DNA of 32,000 nt from Candidatus Iainarchaeum sp. (GTDB lineage Archaea; Iainarchaeota; Iainarchaeia; Iainarchaeales; CSSED10-239), in NCBI GenBank assembly GCA_028700115.1, contig JAQVTI010000007.1, forward strand, positions 1-32,000, given 5' to 3'. This document shows, piece by piece, positions 1 through 9,564 of this stretch (its first letter is position 1; each line of letters starts with the position of its first letter). The position numbers and the translations under genes are program-made. Under the pieces are notes generated by a model. It saw only the letters and a list, made by a program, of their open reading frames with translations, was not told the DNA's origin and did not search any database.

Positions 1-1449
1 ATTACTTGCTGCAAAAGCTGAAACTCCTATACCATCTCCTAAAGAACTTTTAATATCTTCTAAAACTCCAGAATCTGCAATAATACTATTATCTGTTCCT
101 TTTTGGGAAATTGCTTTTCCAAGATTCATTTTAATTTCTTCAACACTTGTTCCTGAATTTAAGATTAAATCTAAATCTTCATTTTTTCCTCCAAGCTCTA
201 AATAAATTTCTTTTAATTTCTGAATTTTAGAATCTTGTGTTAAATTTTTCTTTTCTTCTCTAAGTCTTTGTATTTTATCATAAGGATCTTCCATTTTATT
301 TAATTCCTCTGTTAATGTTTTTATAAGTTCTTCATTTCCTGCAAAAATTTCTAATAAATTTTTTTCTAAATCACTTGCAAGTTCATTTATTGTTTTTTCT
401 TTTTCTTTTTCTAAATTTTCATAATGTTTTTCTAATTTATCTTTATTTTCTTCTATTATTTTTTCTTCATCTATATTATTTTGATTCTTTTTTGCTTTTG
501 AAGGATCTTTTTTAGAATAAACTTCATCCCAATTATCATTAATACAAGAATATGCTCTACTTCTTGCATAATCTGAATTATTACAAATTGCTAAAAATGC
601 ACCTAATTTAGATTCATAAAGTTCATCTGAATCAAATTTAGGAGTACATTCTTTTATTAAATCATGATCTTGAAAAAAATCTTCTATTTTTGCATTATTA
701 TTACTAAATTTAGCTAATACTATTTGATTTAAAGAAACATCTAAAAGATCATCTACACAAGATAAAAAATTACTTTCTACAACTCCTTCTATTAAACATT
801 CATGTCCATTATATACATCTACAACTCTAATACCATCTTCTATTTGAAAATAAATTTTATTAATTTCATTTATAACTTTTTCTTCAATATTTTCTTTTGA
901 AATTTTGTCTGTACAAATTTTTATTTCTTCAGATTTTTTGGTTTCACATTCATTAGTTAAATTTATATTTTCAAGCATTAATTCTCCACATGTTTTTGCT
1001 TCTAAACAAACACATTTTTCTTTACCATCTATTATTTCACAAGAAGGATTTGCACAAAGATTCATTTCAGAAAGTTTACTTGGGTCTTCTAAACAAAGTG
1101 TATTATAAAATGTACCATAATCACAAAAATCTAAATATGGTTCATAAATTTTTATAAATTCATTAAAATTAGGAACTGAAATAAGTGCATGATTTGCAAT
1201 CATTGTAAGTTTATCAAAACAATTTTTTTTATCAAGTTCCCAAGCAATTGAATATTCTTCTTGGGAATCAAAATTTTGTCTTAAAATTTGATTATTATTA
1301 TATTCTTCTTGAAATTCTTTTGCAACTTTTTGTTGTTCTTCTGGAAGATCATAAATACTCATTTCAGCAAAAACAGGATATATAAAATATATTAATCCAA
1401 ATATAATAAAAATTATTGAAAAAAATTTTTCTAATTTTTTAAAAGTCAT
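1..1449 (-). CDS. Secreted/membrane-anchored hypothetical protein, C-terminus off the left edge
   Basis: Manual translation from ATG at 1449 gives MTFKKLEKFFSIIFIIFGLIYFIYPVFAEMSIYDLPEEQQKVAKEFQ... with a signal-like N-terminus, several Cys residues and a charged, probably coiled-coil C-terminal part. I found no stop down to position 1. Not in the supplied track, probably because it is open at the edge. Confidence 0.8.
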   Translation of the reverse strand, partial: MTFKKLEKFFSIIFIIFGLIYFIYPVFAEMSIYDLPEEQQKVAKEFQEEYNNNQILRQNFDSQEEYSIAWELDKKNCFDKLTMIANHALISVPNFNEFIKIYEPYLDFCDYGTFYNTLCLEDPSKLSEMNLCANPSCEIIDGKEKCVCLEAKTCGELMLENINLTNECETKKSEEIKICTDKISKENIEEKVINEINKIYFQIEDGIRVVDVYNGHECLIEGVVESNFLSCVDDLLDVSLNQIVLAKFSNNNAKIEDFFQDHDLIKECTPKFDSDELYESKLGAFLAICNNSDYARSRAYSCINDNWDEVYSKKDPSKAKKNQNNIDEEKIIEENKDKLEKHYENLEKEKEKTINELASDLEKNLLEIFAGNEELIKTLTEELNKMEDPYDKIQRLREEKKNLTQDSKIQKLKEIYLELGGKNEDLDLILNSGTSVEEIKMNLGKAISQKGTDNSIIADSGVLEDIKSSLGDGIGVSAFAASN

Positions 1450-1616
1450 AAATAAAACTCTCCTTTTTTTAATTTTAAATTTTTTTTATAAATTAAAAAT
1501 GTATATTATTTTAAAATATAGATAATAATAATGTTTATAAACATAATTATATTATCATAAATTATAAAATTAGTAATTTATATAATAATTTATAATATTT
1601 AATAAAAATATTAAAT

Positions 1617-2096
1617 TTGATTAAAATGAAAGAAACAATAATTGGGATTATTAAAAATGTACAAGCAAAAGGAAAAAATACTTTTATTAAAAAAAATTGT
1701 GATTTATATTTTACAAATAAGAGAATTATTTGTATTATTTTAAGTGAATCTAATTTTATAAGTGGTATGACTGGGGGACTAATTGCAGGAGTTTCAGGAA
1801 TTATTGCACTTTCTCAAATAACAGATTATACAGCAAAAGATAAAAGATCTAAAAATAAAGAAAAAGAATTAGATTTTATAATTTATTCTAATCCAAATAG
1901 TTTTGAAATTAAAAATAATGATATAATTATAGAAAAATCAAAACTAGAAACAAGATTTATAAAAACTTTTAGAATATTTGCTCAATTAATAATAAAAACC
2001 AAATCTAAAAAATATTTTTTTGATATCCCTTATCAATATAGATATATTGCAAAAATAATTATATCAAAATATAACAATAAATTAAAAATAAATTAA
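1617..2096 (+). CDS. Hypothetical protein with Gly-rich hydrophobic segment, possibly PH-like
   Basis: 159-aa ORF in track; no family firmly recognised. Confidence 0.6.
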   Translation: MIKMKETIIGIIKNVQAKGKNTFIKKNCDLYFTNKRIICIILSESNFISGMTGGLIAGVSGIIALSQITDYTAKDKRSKNKEKELDFIIYSNPNSFEIKNNDIIIEKSKLETRFIKTFRIFAQLIIKTKSKKYFFDIPYQYRYIAKIIISKYNNKLKIN

Positions 2097-2668
2097 ATTA
2101 TTAATTCATATTCTGGAAGTAAATTATAATCTATTTCTATATGTTTTAAATCTGATCCTTTTATTCTAGATAAATCAGAATTATAAGATTTATCAATATA
2201 TTCTAAAAATAATTTATTCCCTTCAAAATAAACAGAATATATTTTTTTAACATTTTTATCTTTAAGAAATTTATTAAATTTAATAATTTTTATTTTAGAA
2301 ATAGGTTTAAAACCTAAAGATTGTGCAAAATTAGGATGTTTTATAAAAATCCAAGAACTAATTTTTATTTTAGGAATTTTTTCTTTTTTTGCATATTTTT
2401 TAATTAATTCAATATTATATATTAATTTACGAAGAGATGGATCTAAATTTATTGACATCCCTTTAATTCTTTCAAAATCTTCTATTCTGATATGATCTTT
2501 AAATTTTAAAATTTTTAATTTATAATTTCTTGTTTTAATTTTTTGATTATTTTCAAATTTACCAATAATTGGATGTTTCTTTAAAATATTATAATTTATA
2601 TTACTTTTTATATCTGAAAATGTTTCTTTAATAATTTTAGTTACTATTGAATTTTTTGTTATAACCAT
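2093..2668 (-). CDS. Hypothetical protein
   Basis: 191-aa ORF in track. Confidence 0.65.
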   Translation of the reverse strand: MVITKNSIVTKIIKETFSDIKSNINYNILKKHPIIGKFENNQKIKTRNYKLKILKFKDHIRIEDFERIKGMSINLDPSLRKLIYNIELIKKYAKKEKIPKIKISSWIFIKHPNFAQSLGFKPISKIKIIKFNKFLKDKNVKKIYSVYFEGNKLFLEYIDKSYNSDLSRIKGSDLKHIEIDYNLLPEYELII

Positions 2669-2693
2669 ACAATATCATTATTTATAAATTATA

Positions 2694-3194
2694 TTAATTT
2701 AATAAAAATACTAAAAAATTTAAAATCATTGCAAAAAAAATCCATAAAACATAAGGTAATAATAATCTAGAAGCAGTTCTATTTATATAACTAAATTTAT
2801 TAATTGTTAAAATTATAAAAACTTCTAAAATAACAATTTCAATTAATGATATAAACAAAAAATTAAATTCAAAAAATAAAATAACCCATAAAAAATTTAA
2901 AATTAATTGTATTATAAAAAAATTTATTGCAGATTTTCTTAAATCTATAAAAGATTTATTTTTATTATATGTTTTTAAAATAATATAAAATGAAATAATC
3001 ATTAAAATAAATAAAATATTCCAAACTATTGGAAAAATAAAACTAGGAGGTACTAAAAAAGGTAAATTTATTGTTTGATACCAAGTTGGTATATTTCTAG
3101 TTGTAAAAATACTTCCAATTATTGCAGTTATAAAAATAAATATTACTGAAATTATAAATGCAGTTAATTTATTTAATTTTTTATATATAAACAT
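2694..3194 (-). CDS. tspO: TspO/MBR family membrane protein
   Basis: WYQTINLPFLVPPSFIFPIVWNILFILMIISFYII matches the characteristic W-Y...P...P...FPIVW pattern; about 5 TM helices. Confidence 0.85.
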   Translation of the reverse strand: MFIYKKLNKLTAFIISVIFIFITAIIGSIFTTRNIPTWYQTINLPFLVPPSFIFPIVWNILFILMIISFYIILKTYNKNKSFIDLRKSAINFFIIQLILNFLWVILFFEFNFLFISLIEIVILEVFIILTINKFSYINRTASRLLLPYVLWIFFAMILNFLVFLLN

Positions 3195-3257
3195 ATTAAA
3201 ATATGTAGAAGAATTAATTTAAAAATATGTGCTTTTTTCTTTAAATAAATAAAAATA

Positions 3258-3361
3258 TCCCTCCTCCCAGATTCGGACTGGGGATCTTCCGGTCACCGCC
3301 AATTAGGGCAGTTTACCTAATGTCTACAGCCGGACGCACTAGACCACTATGCTAAGGAGGG
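3258..3361 (-). tRNA. tRNA-Tyr(GTA) with 30-nt canonical intron at 37/38 (intron ~3294-3323)
   Basis: Acceptor CCCTCCT/AGGAGGG, D-arm GCAT...GTGC, anticodon stem TCCGG/CCGGA with loop CTGTAG|intron|A, T-arm CCCAG-TCCGAAT-CTGGG, C1:G72 as in archaeal tRNA-Tyr. Intron carries hairpin ATTAGG...CCTAAT. Confidence 0.93.
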
Positions 3362-3438
3362 ATTAAAAAAACTCTTAAAAACAATAGGTTAATTAATATA
3401 TATTATATGTAAGAAAAGATATATAAATAAAACCCTTT

Positions 3439-3876
3439 CTAACCTTTTATTGCTTTTTTTAATTTTTTAAGAGCAGGAAAAAGTATTTGATGATAAGCTA
3501 TAACTTTATTATTCTTTAAAAAATAATCTTCTAAAAGATAAACTTGTACAGCCTCAACAAAAGCATCTTTTATATTTTTATCTATCTCTTTTGGAATAAC
3601 TGCTGTTATTTTCTTTTTTGTTTTTGCAGAATAAATTTCAGTTAAAAAAACAGATTCATCTAAATCAAAAAGTGCTTTATTTTCTTCAATAAATTTTTCT
3701 ACATCAACAATTTCTGCAAGCAAAGATTTAATTTTACTATTTGTAGAAACTTGGATTGATACAATAAATTGCAAAATATCCTCTGGTTTTTTAGTTAAAT
3801 CTACATTCATTTTTTTAACAGCAGTAAAGCCTTTAACATTTGATACAAAATCTATTCTTTCACTCATAATTTTCAC
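3439..3876 (-). CDS. Hypothetical protein
   Basis: 145-aa ORF in track. Confidence 0.7.
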   Translation of the reverse strand: MKIMSERIDFVSNVKGFTAVKKMNVDLTKKPEDILQFIVSIQVSTNSKIKSLLAEIVDVEKFIEENKALFDLDESVFLTEIYSAKTKKKITAVIPKEIDKNIKDAFVEAVQVYLLEDYFLKNNKVIAYHQILFPALKKLKKAIKG

Positions 3877-3927
3877 ATATTTAAATTACTTTAATTCTAA
3901 AAAATTATACTTAATAATATTTATAAA

Positions 3928-4524
3928 TTAATCTTTTTCTAAAAAACAATTATTACATCTTGCTTGATAAAAATTAATTCCACCAATTACAACAGTATCT
4001 TTAGATTCTCCTAACCTATAAGTTCTAGTTGCAACCTTTCCACAATTATTACAAATTGCATCAAGTGAAATAACTTTGTCAGACAAAGCCATAAGTGTAC
4101 ATATATGATCTTTTTTATCCTTAAAAGGAAAAGGCTTTCCTTCAAATGTCTGATTTAAACCACATGCAAAAACATTTATTCTATATTTATTTCTTAATTT
4201 TTCTATAACATTAATTATATTTGAATCAAAAAACTGAACTTCATATATATAAACATTAATTAATTTTTCAGATTTATTATGATTAGATAAACTTAGTTCT
4301 TTTTTCACAAAATTTAAAATATCATTAGAATCTTTTGCATTTATTGCTTTTTCTTTTTGACCATTATGATTTACAACTTCTCCATTTTAAGAATATCTTT
4401 GATCCATATCTGGTTTAAAACAAATAGATTTTCTCTGAGCAATTTCTTCTCTTGAAAAAAGTCTTTGAAGTTCTGTTATTTTTCCAGAAAACATAGGTCC
4501 TGTAATTATTATTAATTTACACAT
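3928..4524 (-). pseudogene. tdk: Thymidine kinase interrupted by one in-frame TAA (4387-4389)
   Basis: N-terminal part MCKLIIITGPMFSGKTEELQRLFSREEIAQRKSICFKPDMDQRYS (4524-4390), TAA, then NGEVVNHNGQKE...IYEVQFFDSNII...VFACGLNQTFEGKPFPF...ICNNCGKVATRTYRL...YQARCNNC in the same frame. P-loop, lasso and Zn-Cys motifs of type II TK are present across both halves. Confidence 0.85.
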
Positions 4525-4576
4525 ATTTTCATCTTCTTTAAAATATAAATGTATAATATATCAAATTTAATATAAA

Positions 4577-4631
4577 GTTGCCGATTTAAATCGACAACAC
4601 TTATGTATTTTGTCGATTTAAATCGACAAAA
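4577..4631. promoter_or_regulatory. Paired palindromic sites, candidate operator/promoter of thymidine kinase
   Basis: GTTGCCGATTTAAATCGACAAC (4577-4598, one mismatch from palindrome) and TTTTGTCGATTTAAATCGACAAAA (4608-4631, perfect 24-bp palindrome), centres 32 bp apart. Confidence 0.6.
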
Positions 4632-4639
4632 TAATTTAT

Positions 4640-5468
4640 TCAATCAATAGGCACATTAAACTTATAACTTTCTCTTAATAACAAATCTGTAAAATAAATT
4701 TCATATTTATCTTTTTTAATATCCACAAATATATTTGCTGGATTTAGATAATCATCAATTACTTCTATATTTTTAGAAGTATGAACACCAATTTCTTTAG
4801 AATATTTTTCAATATTTTCAATTTTTTTTAAAATACTGTTTTGTTTTTTACGAGAAAATTTTTTTTTAAAAGTTAAATCAGAAAGAGTTTATAAATTTGA
4901 AAAATCATAAATTATAATATTATTATTATATATATTAGAATTAAAAGAAAAATGTGGTTTTATTGTTTGAATTCCAAATTTTTCAAAAACCTTACTAGCT
5001 AGAAATTCATTATAGATATATGTATTATTTACTTCATTTCTTAAAATTTTTACAAAATATCTTTTTAAACTATTTTTATCCTTAAACAAAATACTCATCT
5101 TATAAAGTCCACTATGCAATGAACCATGTGCTATATAATAAGGTTTTAAATTAATTTTTAATTTTTTATTTTCAGAAATAATTTCTTTTTCCGTAATTCT
5201 TGAAATTAGTTCTTTTTTTATAAATTTATAAATATCAGGATATTCTTTTAGAATTTGTTTAGCTTCTTTACTTAAGTTTATTTTAATTCCTTGTTTTTCA
5301 TCAATCTTTTGATAAAACAAAACTTTATTATCTTTTTTTACAACCTTAAGTTTAGAACCTTCTTTTCCTTTTAAAGTTTTTTTAGAAATATTAGAATTTA
5401 AATTTATTTCCCCTATATTTATTTTTTTTCTAAGTTTAAACAGATTTTTTCTAAATTTAAGTAAATAA
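4640..5468 (-). pseudogene. Member of local kinase-like paralog family, interrupted by in-frame TAA (4889-4891) and abutting an inverted-repeat element at its 5' side
   Basis: Track ORF 4889-5320 uses a TTG; the frame is open upstream to the element edge. After TAA the same frame reads TLSDLTFKKKFSRKKQNSILKKIENIEK...NPANIFVDIKKDKYEIYFTDLLLRESYKFNVPID* (82 codons to TGA at 4640). Confidence 0.65.
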
Positions 5469-5720
5469 TAGTGGTTTGCTATAAGCTGCCTTCTGTAGTT
5501 AATAACAATTTATCTTAGCGGAAAAAAACTTCCTTGCACTCTAATTTCTGAAATTTTCAGCAATCCTTCTTTTTCCTCAATTTTCCATATCACAGGTTAA
5601 CAAAAAGAAGATGTATTATTTCTGCTCAGAAAAAACCTCTATTAAAGGTTTTGATTTTAATGAGTGGGCAGACCTTCCTTATTTTCTTAAAAAAGAAAAT
5701 ATGTTAAACACAAACCACTA
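5469..5720. mobile_element. 252-bp MITE-like or decayed IS with 10-bp terminal inverted repeats
   Basis: TAGTGGTTTG (5469-5478) and CAAACCACTA (5711-5720) are exact inverted repeats. The + strand near the right end reads ...KKKMYYFCSEKTSIKGFDFNEWADLPYFLKKENMLNTNH*, possibly a transposase C-terminal remnant. Confidence 0.5.
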
Positions 5721-5786
5721 ATAAATATATATTATATATTTATTATAAAAAACTATTGTTTAAAATAAAAAAATTTATTATAAAAA

Positions 5787-6485
5787 TCAAAAAGAAATAC
5801 ATTTATTAAAAATAATAATTGTTCCAGAAATTAAAAAATATATAAAATACATAATAAAAATTTTAGAAACAATTTCAGATATAAAAATATTCCCAAAAAT
5901 AGTAAATAACCCTAAAATTATAAAATATATAAATAAAATTAAAAATATATAACCTATAAAAAAAGAAAAATAAACTAAAAAAATTCTAGAAAATATTAAT
6001 TTAAAAGTTTTTTTAAAATCAAAAATTATTTCAATTTTTTCTTTAGATACATAATTACTTAAATTAATTATTTTTATAAATTCTAAAACAATTACAAAAA
6101 ATATAAAAATTAATCCAAATATTCCAGAAATAGTTAAATTAAATAAATTTAATGAAGAAAAATTAAACATATTTGATACTATCAAAGAAGGAGAAAATCC
6201 TATCAATATTAAAATTGACTGAAATATAAAAAATATAAAATTACAAACTATAAATATAAATGAATATTTTAATAAATTAATAGAAAATAAATTTTTAAAA
6301 CTTAATTTATTCTTAATATTTAAAGAAATTACAAAATATGATATAAATATTGTTAAAAAAAAGGATATTACAAAAAAAGTACTATTAATTAAAGATAAAA
6401 TACCAAAAATCAAAATCAATAAAAAAAATTTATAATTTACAAACGGCTTTCTAAAAACATCTACAAAATTAAAATTATTATTCAT
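5787..6485 (-). CDS. Multi-pass membrane protein, hypothetical
   Basis: 232-aa very hydrophobic ORF. Confidence 0.75.
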   Translation of the reverse strand: MNNNFNFVDVFRKPFVNYKFFLLILIFGILSLINSTFFVISFFLTIFISYFVISLNIKNKLSFKNLFSINLLKYSFIFIVCNFIFFIFQSILILIGFSPSLIVSNMFNFSSLNLFNLTISGIFGLIFIFFVIVLEFIKIINLSNYVSKEKIEIIFDFKKTFKLIFSRIFLVYFSFFIGYIFLILFIYFIILGLFTIFGNIFISEIVSKIFIMYFIYFLISGTIIIFNKCISF

Positions 6486-6560
6486 TTATTAAACACCTAA
6501 TTAATATACTATATATAATCCTTTTATAAATAAATTTATTTTAAAAAAAATAAAAATTAA

Positions 6561-7547
6561 TTATAATCTTCTAGTATTTTTAAGAGAATTAACTTTAATA
6601 AATTTATCCTTATTTTTTAAGATTTTATTTCTTCCAAAAAGATTTTTAGTTTTTTCTCTATTTTTTAAAAGATAATTCAATTCAACAAAAACACCACCTT
6701 GTTTGGAAATTACAGATGTTTGTCTTTCAAGATACATACTAAATTTTCCTTTTTCTTTAGGTTTAAAATATATTGAAAAATTAATAGATGGATTACTTTT
6801 TTTAGTTTTAGGATTAATTAATCTTCCACCTTCTAAAGTTGAATTAAATATATATTCTCCTTTTTTACTTAAATCTGCAGTTCCATAAAAACCTATAAAT
6901 TTTGTAGAAATATTTTTATTTTCAAAAACTCTAATTCCTGCAGAATATTTATTTTTATTAAATTTTATTTCTGAAATACCATTATATGATTTAATTATAC
7001 CATTTTCTAAATAAATACTTCCACCAATTCCTATATTTTCTTTTTTATTTCTTAAAGCAAGTGAAATTTCTGATTTTTCTAAAATATTAATATCCTTTAA
7101 TTTAAAATTATTTAAATTTTTATCAAAACCAACATTTAAAGATATAGGAAGTTTAAAAATTTCTGAAAATTTTAAAACAGTATGTATTTGAGAATAAAAT
7201 TTATCCGGAACAAGTTTTCCATTGATAAACATATTATTTTTTCCAACTTCTAAAGCAAAATTATATTTTAGATTATTTTTATCTTTACCAAATCTATATT
7301 CTAAACTTTGTGTTAATGTTTTTTTTTCTAATTCCCCAGGATCTAAATAAAATGTTCTTGATGAAAATAAATTTCCTTGTTCGTATATTATTGGATTAAA
7401 TTCTAAAGTTTTAATACTTGAAATTTGTTGAGCTGAAACTTTTTGTGAACCAATAAATACAGATGTACTTAATAATAATGTTTTTAAAATTTGTTTAGGA
7501 TTTTTTAAATAAGATATAATAAATTGTTTTGTGTTTTTGAATTTCAT
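6561..7547 (-). CDS. Predicted exported beta-strand-rich hypothetical protein
   Basis: 328 aa; signal-like LKTLLLSTSVFIGSQKVSAQQ followed by repeated amphipathic beta-like segments. Confidence 0.75.
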   Translation of the reverse strand: MKFKNTKQFIISYLKNPKQILKTLLLSTSVFIGSQKVSAQQISSIKTLEFNPIIYEQGNLFSSRTFYLDPGELEKKTLTQSLEYRFGKDKNNLKYNFALEVGKNNMFINGKLVPDKFYSQIHTVLKFSEIFKLPISLNVGFDKNLNNFKLKDINILEKSEISLALRNKKENIGIGGSIYLENGIIKSYNGISEIKFNKNKYSAGIRVFENKNISTKFIGFYGTADLSKKGEYIFNSTLEGGRLINPKTKKSNPSINFSIYFKPKEKGKFSMYLERQTSVISKQGGVFVELNYLLKNREKTKNLFGRNKILKNKDKFIKVNSLKNTRRL

Positions 7548-7641
7548 AAAAATCGTGTTATAATCTTTTTTTAATATATAAAATAATTATAAATCTTATA
7601 AATAATATTATAAAATATAAATAAAATAATAAAATTTAAAG

Positions 7642-7714
7642 TGGACTCTACGAGATTTGAACTCGCGGCCTCGTCCTTGCAAGGGACGCGCTCTACCAAC
7701 TGAGCTAAGAGCCC
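7642..7714 (-). tRNA. tRNA-Ala(TGC)
   Basis: GGGCTCTTAGCTCAGTTGGTAGAGCGCGTCCCTTGCAAGGACGAGGCCGCGAGTTCAAATCTCGTAGAGTCCA folds as a cloverleaf; loop CTTGCAA. Confidence 0.95.
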
Positions 7715-7800
7715 TTTTATTAAAATATTATATAAGAAAACACTTATAAATATATTTTTTTAAAATAAACATAAATAAATTGAAGAAAAATAGAGAGAAT

Positions 7801-7825
7801 GTGGAGATTAGAAGTATTTGCTTAA
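7801..7825 (-). promoter_or_regulatory. 3' strand of candidate 16S pre-rRNA processing stem (partner ~9428-9466)
   Basis: gtggagattagaagta and tgcttaa (7801-7825) are complementary to tactttctaatctttccac and ttaagca (9428-9466), with short irregularities between helices. Confidence 0.6.
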
Positions 7826-7875
7826 AAAACTCTAATTTGAAAATTTCGAAAAAATAACTAAATAAAATAGTTATA

Positions 7876-9371
7876 TAGGAGGTGATCCGTCCGCAGGTTC
7901 CCCTACGGACACCTTGTTACAACTTAGTCTACCTCACGAAATATAGAATAACTTTAACCTTTAGTAGCTTAAAGTTCATCTACACTTCATTCAGTTGGCT
8001 TGATGGGCGGTGTGTGCAAGGCGCAGGGACATATTCACCGCGCGATAGTGACACGCGATTACTGGGGATTCCAGTTTCATGAGGGTGAGTTGCAACCCTC
8101 AATCCAGACTTGGATCAAGTTTTTGAGATTACCACCCCCTTTCGGGTTAGAGACTCTTTGTCTTGACCATTGTATGCCGCGTGTTGCCCAGAACGTTTGC
8201 ACTATACTGACCTACCTTCGCCCATTCCTTCCTCACTGTTACCAGTGCAGTCTTGTTAGAGTGCTCTTTTTTGTAAACAAAAAAGATAGCAACTAACAAT
8301 ATGGGTCTCGCCCGTTACCTGAGTTAACAGGAAGCTTCACAGTACGAGCTGACGATGGCCATACAGTAGCTCTCAGCGCATCAGGTAAGACCTTTAGCCT
8401 GACCGTCATCTTGCTGTCAGCCCTGGTAAAATATCTGGCGTTTCATCCAATTAAACCGCAGCATCCACCCCTTGTAGTGCACCCCCGCCAATTCCATTAA
8501 GTTTCAGTCTTGCGACCATACTTCCCAGGCGGCGGATTTAATGGTTTCCCTTCGGCCCTGAGTAAACTCGTAGTTTACCCAACACCTAATCCGCATCGTT
8601 TACGGCTGGGACTAACCGGGTATCTAATCCGGGTTGCGCCCCCAGCTTTCGTGTCTCACTGTCAGATCCGTTCTCGTTAAGCGCCTTCGCCACAGGTAGT
8701 CTTTCTAGTATCTTAAGATTCTACTCCTACTCTAGAAATACTCTTAACGTCTCCCGGTCTCTAGTCATGCCAGTATCTCTTGCAATTCAACAAGTTAAGC
8801 TTGCTGCTTTCACAAAAGACTTAACAAACCAGCTACACACGCTTTAAGCCAAATAATGCTGGATACCACTTGGGGATTACGTATTACCGCGGCGGCTGGC
8901 ACGCATATTGCCCTCCCCTTATTCGCATAGTTATTCACACTATACAAAAGCTTGCAAAGCAAGCACTTGGAATCTCTTTATCACGGTTTCCCGCATTGTA
9001 AAAGTTTCGTAACTGCTGCACCCCGTAGGGCTAGGGACATTATCTCAGTTCCCTTCTCCGGGCTCCCTCTCTCAAGGCCCGTACAGATCTCAGGCTTGGT
9101 AGGCAATTACCCTACCAACTACCTAATCTGACGCAGTCCCATCCTTTCGCGACTTACCAGCATGAAGGTAAGACTTTTTAAAAAACAATCATTCCAGATT
9201 TGTTTTTCTATAGAGCATTATCCTCAGTTTCCCAAGTTTTACTCTTCAAAAGGGTAGGTTGACCACGCGTTACTGAGCCGTTCGCCAAAACTTCTCATAG
9301 CTGAAGTTTTTAGACTTGCATGTCTTAGTCAGATTCCAATAGCAGTATCCACCAGCAGGATCAGCTGGAAT
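7876..9371 (-). rRNA. 16S ribosomal RNA
   Basis: 3' end is the complement of ggaggtgatccgtccgcaggttcccctacggacaccttgttac (anti-SD GGATCACCTCC); 5' end on - strand is TTCCAGCTGATCCTGCTGG. The conserved complement tgatgggcggtgtgtgcaag is present. About 1.49 kb, no obvious intron. Confidence 0.96.
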
Positions 9372-9564
9372 TATTTTATATAATTTTGGAATTGGTTATA
9401 TAATTTTGCACACAAATTTTAGTGAATTTAAGCATATAAAATTTGTTACTTTCTAATCTTTCCACATCAGACTCAAAAAAACTTGAGACCTCATAAAAGA
9501 TTTTACCTCAAAAATAATTTCGGTAAAATTTGTCTGCTTGAAAAAAACTTCTTGCAGTAAAATA

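Noticed and set aside
905-1108. 67-aa + strand ORF
   Set aside because: Antisense shadow of the long - strand coding frame 1-1449.
4387-4891. Possible reassignment of TAA to a sense codon, from two genes with single in-frame TAA
   Set aside because: Many intact genes in this window end in TAA at the expected C-terminus (for example eL40 and ThrRS), so general reassignment is unsupported; local pseudogenisation is simpler.
6703-6888. 61-aa + strand ORF
   Set aside because: Antisense to the 6561-7547 gene, no independent support.
7882-8296. ORFs of 66 and 98 aa on the track
   Set aside because: They lie inside the 16S rRNA gene; translated rRNA, not protein genes.
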